From contig CAZIOV010000001.1 of NCBI GenBank assembly GCA_964541045.1, forward strand, positions 43,599 through 107,598: a stretch of 64,000 nt of DNA. The letters are read 5' to 3'. The DNA is from an uncultured Oscillospiraceae bacterium (lineage in GTDB: Bacteria; Bacillota; Clostridia; Oscillospirales; Ruminococcaceae). Within the stretch, counting starts at the first letter, position 1. Every line of letters begins with the position of its first letter. Made by a program: the position numbers and the translations under genes. A model generated the notes under the pieces. The model was not told the origin of the DNA, ran no database searches, and saw only the letters and a program-made list of their open reading frames with translations. Below, in pieces: positions 56,288-64,000 of the stretch.

Positions 56288-59080
56288 ATGGATTACAACA
56301 AGACTCTGAATCTTCCGGAAACAGAGTACCCGATGAGAGGAAATCTTCCAGTCAAAGAGCCTGTAATGCTTGAAAGCTGGGACAATGAGCAGCTTTACAA
56401 AAAGATACTTGAAAGGAACGATGGCAAACCCTCATATGTTCTGCATGACGGCCCTCCGTATGCGAACGGAGATATACACCTTGGAACAGCGCTCAATAAG
56501 GTTTTAAAGGATATCATTGTTAAGCAGAAGAATATGTCTGGCTATAGGGCAAACTATGTTCCCGGCTGGGATACACATGGTCTGCCTATTGAGCTTAAAG
56601 CTATGAAGTCTATAGGTGTGGAAGACGGCGCAATCCCTCCTTTAGAGCTTAGAAAGCACTGCCGAGAATTTGCTCTTTCTTTTGTTGAAAGCCAGAAGCA
56701 GCAGTTTAAGAGACTTGGGGTTTTAGGCGATTTCGATAATCCATATCTGACACTTAAGCCTGAATTTGAAGCAAGACAGGTAGAAGTATTCGGAGAAATG
56801 ATAAAGCGCGGATACATCTACAAGGGCCTGAAGCCTGTTTACTGGTGCCCAGAGTGCCAGACTGCTCTTGCAGAAGCAGAAATCGAGTATCAGGATGATC
56901 CATGCTATTCTGTTTATGTTAAGTTCAACGTTGTCGATGATAATGGAATTTTGACGGCACTTGGCCTTGATCTTAAAAACACTTATTTTGTAATTTGGAC
57001 AACAACTACTTGGACGTTGCCCGGCAACCTTGCTATATGCCTAGGCCCTGACTATGAATATACCGTTGTTAAAGCAAATGGTGAAAACTATATAATGGCG
57101 CGCGAGCTTATTGAGCCTACCCTTAAAGCTGCCGGAATAGAAGAGTATGAAACCGTCGGCTCATTCACCGGCAAGGAACTTGAATACTGCAAGGCTCAGC
57201 ATCCGTTTATGCCGAGAACATCGCTTGTTATTGTTGGCGACCATGTAACGCTTGAAAGCGGTACAGGCTGCGTTCATACTGCTCCCGGCTACGGTGTTGA
57301 TGACTTTGAAGTCTGCAAGAAGTACCCGGAGCTTGGAATAGTCGTCGGCGTTGACGGCCACGGCGTTCTTACTGAGCAGTCGGGAATGTTTGTCGGCCTT
57401 AAAACCGACGATGCCAACAAAGTTATAGCAAAGCACCTTGTTGAAACCAACAATATGTTTGCAACCGAGAAGATACTCCACCAGTACCCTCACTGCTGGA
57501 GATGCAAGTCACCAATACTTTTTAGAGCTACCGAGCAGTGGTTCTGTTCCGTTAAGGATTTCAGAGATGAAACTGTCAGGGCAATAGAAGACGTTGAGTG
57601 GATTCCAGCTTGGGGCGAAGATAGGATTAAGGGCATGGTGCTTGACCGCTCTGACTGGTGCATTTCCCGCCAGAAGATCTGGGGCGTACCCATCCCGATT
57701 GTATACTGTAAAGACTGCCACAAGCCGATTGTGAATGACGATACCATTAACGCAATCTCAGAGCTGTTTAGGCGTGAAGGCTCTGATGCTTGGTGGAAGT
57801 ATGACGCAAAGGATATTATTCCAGAAAATGTTAAATGTGAATGTGGCTGTACCGAGTTTGAAAAAGAGACAGACATCATGGATGTTTGGTTTGACTCCGG
57901 CGTTACTCATACCGCAGTTTTGGATCAGAGAGATGGCCTTTCGTCTCCAGCAGATCTTTATCTTGAAGGCGCTGACCAATATAGAGGATGGTTCCAGTCA
58001 TCACTTCTTACCTCTGTTGTCATCAACGGAAGAGCGCCCTATAAGGCTGTCTGCACTCATGGTTGGGTTGTTGACGGAGAAGGCAAAACTATGCATAAGT
58101 CGCTCGGAAACGGCATCGAACCAAAGGAAATTTATGATAAGAATGGTGCTGACATTTTAAGACTTTGGGTAGCTTCGAGCGATTATCATTCCGATATAAG
58201 AATATCCAAGCCGATTTTAGCACAGCTCTCCGAAGCATATAAGAAAATAAGAAACACTGCAAGATATATCTTGGGTAACCTTTCCAATCAGGGAGGTTTC
58301 GATCTGGACAAGGACGGCATTGCTTATGAAAACATGGAAGAGCTTGATAAGTGGGCAATAATGCGCCTTGATAACCTTATTGACAAGGTAAACGATGCTT
58401 ATAATGCTTTTGATTTCCACATTGTATTCCATGCTATCCACAACTTTTGCGTTGTCGACATGTCTAACTTCTATCTCGATATCATAAAGGACAGACTTTA
58501 CTGCGAAAAGTCTGAGAGTGCATTAAGAAGAAGCGCGCAGACAGCTATGTATAGAATTCTTTCTGCGATAGCGCGCCTTGTTGCCCCGATTCTTTCCTTC
58601 ACTGCCGATGAAATATGGTCGTATATGAACCACTGCGCAAGTGAGAATCCGGAAAGCGTATTCTTAAACGATATGCCCGAAAAGTCAGGTATGACATACA
58701 GTGATGAATTTGTCTCAAAGTGGGATTATATCTACAACTTGAGGGTTGATGCTAAGAAGGCGCTTGAACTCAAGCGCGCCGATAAAGTTATAGGCTCTTC
58801 ATTGGAAGCTGATCTTGTTATTGCTGCCGGTGACGATTATGACAAGCTTGTTAATATCAAGGATATTCTTCCAACAGTGTTCATAGTATCTAAGGTAGAT
58901 ATCGAAAAAGCTGCCGGCGGTGAATACAATGGTGAAACCACAGGCCTTGGATTTACCGTTAAGAAGGCTTCCGGCAGGAAGTGCGAGCGTTGCTGGATCT
59001 ATTCGGATGAGGTTGGTAACTCTGCAGATCATCCAACACTTTGCAAGCGCTGCGCCCATACTGTTGGCACAGAACACTGA
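56288..59080 (+). CDS. ileS: Isoleucine--tRNA ligase
   Basis: HDGPPYANGDIHLGT (HIGH), KMHKSLGN (KMSKS), CP1 editing domain, C-terminal zinc motif CERCW...CKRC. Confidence 0.97.
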   Translation: MDYNKTLNLPETEYPMRGNLPVKEPVMLESWDNEQLYKKILERNDGKPSYVLHDGPPYANGDIHLGTALNKVLKDIIVKQKNMSGYRANYVPGWDTHGLPIELKAMKSIGVEDGAIPPLELRKHCREFALSFVESQKQQFKRLGVLGDFDNPYLTLKPEFEARQVEVFGEMIKRGYIYKGLKPVYWCPECQTALAEAEIEYQDDPCYSVYVKFNVVDDNGILTALGLDLKNTYFVIWTTTTWTLPGNLAICLGPDYEYTVVKANGENYIMARELIEPTLKAAGIEEYETVGSFTGKELEYCKAQHPFMPRTSLVIVGDHVTLESGTGCVHTAPGYGVDDFEVCKKYPELGIVVGVDGHGVLTEQSGMFVGLKTDDANKVIAKHLVETNNMFATEKILHQYPHCWRCKSPILFRATEQWFCSVKDFRDETVRAIEDVEWIPAWGEDRIKGMVLDRSDWCISRQKIWGVPIPIVYCKDCHKPIVNDDTINAISELFRREGSDAWWKYDAKDIIPENVKCECGCTEFEKETDIMDVWFDSGVTHTAVLDQRDGLSSPADLYLEGADQYRGWFQSSLLTSVVINGRAPYKAVCTHGWVVDGEGKTMHKSLGNGIEPKEIYDKNGADILRLWVASSDYHSDIRISKPILAQLSEAYKKIRNTARYILGNLSNQGGFDLDKDGIAYENMEELDKWAIMRLDNLIDKVNDAYNAFDFHIVFHAIHNFCVVDMSNFYLDIIKDRLYCEKSESALRRSAQTAMYRILSAIARLVAPILSFTADEIWSYMNHCASENPESVFLNDMPEKSGMTYSDEFVSKWDYIYNLRVDAKKALELKRADKVIGSSLEADLVIAAGDDYDKLVNIKDILPTVFIVSKVDIEKAAGGEYNGETTGLGFTVKKASGRKCERCWIYSDEVGNSADHPTLCKRCAHTVGTEH

Positions 59081-59156
59081 TTGACAATATATATTGTTCG
59101 TCTGCCGCAGACGTTAGGCGGCAGACGGGCATTATTGCATTAAAGGAGCGGTTTGA

Positions 59157-59720
59157 TTGCTGATAATTTCATTGCTGCTTGTTTTGGCGCTGACCGGCGC
59201 AGACCAGCTGATAAAATACCTGATTGTTCTGAACTTTGAAGAGTGCCATGGATATCTTAAAAGTTACTATACTTTTTCAATAGGCAGCTTTGACGTTTTC
59301 AGCATTACGCATATAAGAAACAAAGGAGCCGGCTGGAGCATTCTTGAAGGACATACGGTGCTGCTTATTGCATCTACTTCGATAGTTATGGCGGCGATTC
59401 TTATTTATGTTATCGCCAAACGAAATACCATGCCAAAGTTTGAAACTTTGTGCTTAAGTTTCATTTTAGCCGGAGGCATCGGGAACCTTATCGACAGGAT
59501 AAGAACAATAGCAGATCCGGATTTTGGTGGAGTTATAGATTACATCAATCTTGAATTTATGAACTTTCCGGTCTTCAATTTTGCTGATATCTGTGTTGTA
59601 ATCGGCGGAATAGGATTCTGCATATTCTGCATATTTTCTGAGTATAAAGACAGCAAAAAGCGCAAGCTAAACAAGGTAAATGCCGGCAAACTCGGTAACA
59701 GCGGTGGAAACCATGCTTAA
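59157..59720 (+). CDS. lspA: Lipoprotein signal peptidase (signal peptidase II)
   Basis: TTG start. GADQLIK, NKGAGWS, GGIGNLIDR, FNFADI. Confidence 0.9.
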   Translation: MLIISLLLVLALTGADQLIKYLIVLNFEECHGYLKSYYTFSIGSFDVFSITHIRNKGAGWSILEGHTVLLIASTSIVMAAILIYVIAKRNTMPKFETLCLSFILAGGIGNLIDRIRTIADPDFGGVIDYINLEFMNFPVFNFADICVVIGGIGFCIFCIFSEYKDSKKRKLNKVNAGKLGNSGGNHA

Positions 59721-60627
59721 CTGCGTGTTCAATGCCGACGAGGAAGACGCTGGAGCAAGAATAGACAAATGGCTTTCCGAACAGACTGATATTGACCTCA
59801 CACGCTCTGCAGTTGCAAGACTCATCGAATCCGATAAAGTTTTTGTCAACGGCAGTACTGTGAATAAGAGCTATAAAATTTCGGCGGATGATACTATAAA
59901 GGTTGAGATTCCTGACCCAGTTGAGCTTGACGTTCTGCCGGAGGATATTCCGCTTGACATTGTGTATGAGGACAAGTACCTTTTAGTTATAAATAAGCCG
60001 CAGGGAATTGTAGTTCATCCTGCTGTGGGAAATTATACTGGCACGCTTGTAAATGCCCTTCTGTACAGGTATAAAGATGAGCTTTCGGGAATAAACGGCG
60101 TTATCCGTCCCGGAATAGTTCACAGAATAGACAAAAACACAAGCGGTCTTTTGATTGTCGCAAAAACAGACAAGGCACATTTAGGGCTTGCTGATCAGAT
60201 AAAGGTCCATAGCTTTACACGCGAATATGATGCTATCTGTATTGGCAGATTCAAGGACAAAATCGGCACTGTTGACGCTCCTATCGGCAGAGACAAGCGC
60301 GATCGAAAAAAAATGTGCGTGACACAGACAAATTCAAAGAACGCTGTTACTCATTACGAAGTGCTAGAAGAGATGGGAAACTACTCATATGTCAGATTCA
60401 GGCTTGAAACCGGAAGAACTCACCAGATAAGAGTTCACTGTGCATATTTAGGGCATCCGATTCTGGGCGACGATGTTTACGGAAAGCCGTATCAAGGCTG
60501 TAAAGGGCAATGCCTTCACGCAAGGAAAATAGGTTTTGTTCACCCCATATCGGATGAATATCTCGAATTTACAAGCGAACTGCCGGAGTATTTTACTAAA
60601 CTTCTTGAAAAGCTGAGGAAAACATGA
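59713..60627 (+). CDS. rluD: RluA-family 23S rRNA pseudouridine synthase (RluD-like)
   Basis: N-terminal S4 domain (RIDKWLSE...SRSAVARLI), HRIDKNTSGLLIVAK, GRTHQIRVH. 8-nt overlap with lspA. Confidence 0.9.
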   Translation: MLNCVFNADEEDAGARIDKWLSEQTDIDLTRSAVARLIESDKVFVNGSTVNKSYKISADDTIKVEIPDPVELDVLPEDIPLDIVYEDKYLLVINKPQGIVVHPAVGNYTGTLVNALLYRYKDELSGINGVIRPGIVHRIDKNTSGLLIVAKTDKAHLGLADQIKVHSFTREYDAICIGRFKDKIGTVDAPIGRDKRDRKKMCVTQTNSKNAVTHYEVLEEMGNYSYVRFRLETGRTHQIRVHCAYLGHPILGDDVYGKPYQGCKGQCLHARKIGFVHPISDEYLEFTSELPEYFTKLLEKLRKT

Positions 60628-61442
60628 ATTATAAGGATACAATTTTTGTTACAGATATGGACGGCACGCTTCTTTCAAAGGATAAGACCGTTTCAGAGAG
60701 GAATCTTAAGCTTATAAGGGAGTATCAGGCACAGGGCGGTTTGTTTGGAGTTGCCACAGGCAGGCCTATTCACACCACTACACGTTATCTTGAAATAATA
60801 AAACCGGATTTGCCGCTCATTCTTTATAATGGCTGCATTGTTTATGATCACAAATCAGAGAGAATCGTTAATGCAACATATCTGCCGGAATGCGCAAGCG
60901 ATATCCTTAAAGACATTTTTGCAAAATACCCGGGCATTGCTCCGGAAATATTCACCTTCGAGGGACAATACTATCTAAATTTAAACGACGCAGAAAAGTG
61001 GCATCACGAAATCCTTCAAGTCAGCTACATAAAAAAGAATTCCGGCGATGAGGTAACCGAGCCTTGGTGTAAGCTTTTGTTTGCAGACAGTGAGGGAACC
61101 ATAAGTGAGCTTTGCGAATATGTCAAAAAGTTTGACGGTATGGGCGTGAGGTTCGTAAGATCCTGCCCGTTTTTTCTGGAGCTTTTGCCGGATGGCGTTT
61201 CTAAGGGAAGTGCTCTAAAAAGCATGTGTAAAGTCGATTCGCTTGTCAAACTTGTTGAAAGCAGAAAGATTGTCTCTGTGGGCGACTATGATAACGATAT
61301 TGAGATGCTCAAAGCATCTGATATAAGCTTCTGCCCGGCAAATTCTCAGCCGGAGGTTATGAAGGCATCATATTGCGTTCTTAACAGCTCCTGTGATGAA
61401 GATGCTATAGCTGAAGCACTTGAAGCATTAAAAAAACTATAA
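60624..61442 (+). CDS. Cof-type HAD-IIB family hydrolase
   Basis: FVTDMDGTLL, ATGRP, VGDYDNDIEM. Confidence 0.85.
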   Translation: MNYKDTIFVTDMDGTLLSKDKTVSERNLKLIREYQAQGGLFGVATGRPIHTTTRYLEIIKPDLPLILYNGCIVYDHKSERIVNATYLPECASDILKDIFAKYPGIAPEIFTFEGQYYLNLNDAEKWHHEILQVSYIKKNSGDEVTEPWCKLLFADSEGTISELCEYVKKFDGMGVRFVRSCPFFLELLPDGVSKGSALKSMCKVDSLVKLVESRKIVSVGDYDNDIEMLKASDISFCPANSQPEVMKASYCVLNSSCDEDAIAEALEALKKL

Positions 61443-61459
61443 TTTATGGAGGTACCACT

Positions 61460-62302
61460 ATGGATGAATTACTTAAGAAGCAGCTTCAAATCACTGCTTG
61501 CAAGGTAAGAATGGGTATTATCGAGGGCATATATAATGCTAAGAGCGGTCATCCAGGCGGCTCTTTGTCTATTGCCGACGTTATGACCTATCTTTACTTT
61601 GCAAAAATGAATATCTATCCCGATAATCCCAAGCTTCCTGATAGAGACAGATTTGTACTTTCAAAGGGACATACCGCTCCTGCACTTTACTCTACCTTGG
61701 CGAACAGGGGATTCTTCCCGGTTGAAGAGCTTAAAGGCCTTCGTCACATAGGCTCAATTTTGCAGGGGCATCCTGATATGAAACACATTCCAGGCGTTGA
61801 TATGTCTTCCGGTTCGCTGGGACAGGGCATTTCTGCAGCCTGCGGCATGGCGCTTTCTGCTAAACTTACAAGTGATACTTATAAGGTTTATGCTATTCTC
61901 GGCGACGGCGAAATCGAAGAGGGCCAAGTGTGGGAGGCTGCAATGTTCGCAGCCCACAACAAGCTTGACAATCTTGTTGCCATAGTCGACAACAACGGCC
62001 TGCAAATCGACGGTAAGATTTCTGATGTTTGCTCTCCTTATCCGATAACCGAAAAATTTGCGGCATTCGGCTGGCACGTTATAACTATGGATGCTCATGA
62101 TTTCGACAGTATCGAGGCATCTTTCAACGAGGCCGAAACGGTTGTAAACCAGCCTGTTGCAATAATTATGTCCAGCACAAAGGGCAAGGGTGTTTCGTTT
62201 ATGGAAAATCAAGTTTCATGGCATGGCACTGCGCCTAATGCAGAACAGTATGAGCAAGCTATGAGCGAGCTTAAGGCTCAGCTTGCAGAATTGGAGGGTT
62301 AA
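61460..62302 (+). CDS. Transketolase, N-terminal (TPP-binding) subunit
   Basis: SGHPGGSLSIADV, LSKGH, GSLGQGIS, GDGEIEEGQVWEA. Confidence 0.93.
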   Translation: MDELLKKQLQITACKVRMGIIEGIYNAKSGHPGGSLSIADVMTYLYFAKMNIYPDNPKLPDRDRFVLSKGHTAPALYSTLANRGFFPVEELKGLRHIGSILQGHPDMKHIPGVDMSSGSLGQGISAACGMALSAKLTSDTYKVYAILGDGEIEEGQVWEAAMFAAHNKLDNLVAIVDNNGLQIDGKISDVCSPYPITEKFAAFGWHVITMDAHDFDSIEASFNEAETVVNQPVAIIMSSTKGKGVSFMENQVSWHGTAPNAEQYEQAMSELKAQLAELEG

Positions 62303-62307
62303 TAAAC

Positions 62308-63255
62308 ATGGCTGATATGATTAAAAAGGCTACCAGAGAGAGCTACGGCGAAGCTTTAGCCGAGCTTGGAGATAAGTATGAAAATCTTTACGTTTTGGAC
62401 GCTGACCTTGCTGCGGCCACCAAAACCGGCATCTTCAAGAAAAAATTTCCCGACAGACATATAGACTGCGGCATTGCAGAAGCAAATATGATGGGTGTTG
62501 CCGCCGGACTTGCCACTACCGGAAAGATACCGTTCGCATCGTCTTTTGCAATGTTTGCTGCCGGAAGAGCTTTTGAAATTGTAAGAAATTCCATAGGTTA
62601 CCCTCATCTCAACGTCAAGATAGGCGCGACTCACGCTGGCATTTCGGTCGGTGAAGACGGTGCAACTCACCAGTGCAACGAGGATATTGCCCTTATGCGT
62701 ACTATCCCAGGTATGACCGTTATCAATCCTGCCGACGATGTTGAAGCAAGAGCTGCTGTTGAGGCCGCTATAAACTACAATGGCCCTGTTTATATGCGCT
62801 TTGGAAGGCTTGCAACACCTGTTTTCAACGATAAGGAAACTTACAAATTTGAGCTTGGCAAGGGTGTTCAGCTTGTTGACGGAAGCGATGTTACAATCAT
62901 TGCAACCGGTCTTATGGTTTATGAATCAATGGTTGCCGCTGAGGCTCTTAAGGCCGAGGGAATTAGTGCAAGAGTTATCAACATCCACACCATCAAGCCA
63001 ATTGATGTGGAAATCATCACCAAGGCCGCCCGCGAGACGGGGCTTATAGTTACTGCTGAGGAGCACAGCGTAATAGGTGGCTTGGGCTCTGCCGTATGCG
63101 ATGTTGTCTGCGCTAATTGCCCAGTTAAAGTTGTTAAGATAGGTGTGAATGACGTCTTTGGTTATTCAGGACCTGCTGCTGCACTCCTTAAGGAATTCGG
63201 TCTTTGCTCTGAAAACGTTGTAAAGGTTGTCAGGGAAGCTGTCAAGAACAAATAA
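62308..63255 (+). CDS. Transketolase, C-terminal (pyrimidine-binding) subunit
   Basis: DCGIAEANMMGVAAGLA, GATHQCNEDIALMR, EEHSVIGGLGSAV. Confidence 0.93.
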   Translation: MADMIKKATRESYGEALAELGDKYENLYVLDADLAAATKTGIFKKKFPDRHIDCGIAEANMMGVAAGLATTGKIPFASSFAMFAAGRAFEIVRNSIGYPHLNVKIGATHAGISVGEDGATHQCNEDIALMRTIPGMTVINPADDVEARAAVEAAINYNGPVYMRFGRLATPVFNDKETYKFELGKGVQLVDGSDVTIIATGLMVYESMVAAEALKAEGISARVINIHTIKPIDVEIITKAARETGLIVTAEEHSVIGGLGSAVCDVVCANCPVKVVKIGVNDVFGYSGPAAALLKEFGLCSENVVKVVREAVKNK

Positions 63256-63340
63256 CTCTATAAAATGTAATTAATGCTTTTGAATATTCACTTTCCGTCC
63301 CGGAATATCATAGAATGATTATTATACAACGCACTTATTT

Positions 63341-63381
63341 TTCAGGCTAAAGCGATTCATAAACTTTAGCCTGAATAAGTT
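63341..63381 (+). terminator. Rho-independent terminator after the transketolase genes
   Basis: ttcaggctaaag (63341-63352) pairs with ctttagcctgaa (63364-63375). The stem extends through acttattt/aataagt. Confidence 0.7.
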
Positions 63382-63411
63382 TCATAATTTCCGGGAACGG
63401 GAGGGAATATT

Positions 63412-64000
63412 TTGCGTAGATATACTGATAATAAAAAATCAAGATTTTCAATAAGCTGTTTGAACACTTCAAACGTATTTTTAATAGCTTTGATAGTTCT
63501 GCTGGCAGCAACCGCCGTTATGATAAACCGTTCACTTAAGCCGGTTGTAATGTCAATGGCAAAGCAAAAAGGAACCTTGGCTGTTTCAAAGACTGTGAAT
63601 GAAGCCGTAACCGAGACGTTTGAAGATGATGGCATTGGTTATTCCGACCTTGTGTCGCTGAGTTATAATGATTCCGGCTTTGTAACCTCTGCCGAGTATA
63701 ATGCAAGCAGAATAAACAGACTTAAGCTTGAAATAAGTGAAAGGCTTATTAAAGGTCTTGATAAGTTAAGCGTAAGCAAAATCAAAATCCCGCTTGGAAG
63801 CGTTACGCAGGATGTAAGTCTGAGTGGCAAAGGCCCTGGGCTAAGGATAAGAATAGAGCAGGCTTCAGTGCCGGATATTCAACTAATATCATCATTTGAA
63901 TCCGTGGGAATTAACACTGTTAAGCATGATGTAATTCTTCGTGTCAGAGTTGACAGCAAGGTTTATCTTCCTCCTGCTGAGGACAGTTTCAGCTTTACAC
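63412..64000 (+). CDS. yunB: Sporulation protein YunB (3' end cut by window edge)
   Basis: Absent from the ORF track because no stop lies inside the window. TTG at 63412 follows GGGAGGGA. It reads LRRYTDNKKSRFS..., TM helix VFLIALIVLLAATAVMI, LKPVVMSMAKQKGTLAVSKTVNEAV, IPLGSVTQDVSLSGKGPGLRIRI and SSFESVGINTVKHDVILRVRVD, as in YunB. Confidence 0.75.
   Translation, partial: MRRYTDNKKSRFSISCLNTSNVFLIALIVLLAATAVMINRSLKPVVMSMAKQKGTLAVSKTVNEAVTETFEDDGIGYSDLVSLSYNDSGFVTSAEYNASRINRLKLEISERLIKGLDKLSVSKIKIPLGSVTQDVSLSGKGPGLRIRIEQASVPDIQLISSFESVGINTVKHDVILRVRVDSKVYLPPAEDSFSFT

Noticed and set aside
59099-59127. Hairpin cgtctgccg...cggcagacg after ileS as a terminator.
   Set aside because: It is a good 9-bp stem but has no U-tract, and lspA follows within 30 nt. 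It is probably a processing or stability element or a weak pause, so it was not called as a terminator.

Overview
This window is mostly a syntenic housekeeping stretch from a sporulating Firmicute. The gene order looks Clostridia-like (Ruminococcaceae/Oscillospiraceae style), and ymxH and yunB are present. I support about 58 intact CDS:
- **Protein turnover and ribosome:** clpC (5' truncated), rplU-prp-rpmA-obg, mrnC, yebC, prmA, yceD-rpmF.
- **Glycolysis and sugar metabolism:** pfkA, pgk-tpiA-gpmI, pgi, split transketolase.
- **Lipid, isoprenoid and envelope:** cls, der-plsY-gpsA, pyrH-frr-uppS-cdsA-dxr-rseP-ispG-polC.
- **Repair and division:** mutS-mutL-miaA, sepF-ylmH-divIVA-ileS-lspA-rluD.
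- **Sporulation:** yunB (3' truncated by the window edge).

By eye I saw no rRNA, tRNA, CRISPR array, transposase, integrase, prophage or recognisable defence island.

The non-routine observations are:
1. A dispersed intergenic repeat family has four copies between 5.4 and 14.8 kb. It carries terminal inverted repeats and a GACCAT-AC/GC-ATGGTC palindrome.
2. A THF-riboswitch-like leader sits upstream of a FolT-like ECF S component. It has an unusually large internal insertion.
3. Two intact ORFs look like pseudoenzymes. One is a zinc-ribbon/PASTA kinase homologue lacking the catalytic residues. The other is a PBP5-type D,D-carboxypeptidase homologue with all three active-site motifs substituted.
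4. A 4-kb patch of gene decay (GH43, sugar-phosphate isomerase and TetR remnants) surrounds an intact mtaB.
5. A 254-aa cysteine-containing protein next to ymxH is uncharacterised.

All calls come from reading the sequence and from remembered family motifs. No searches were run.
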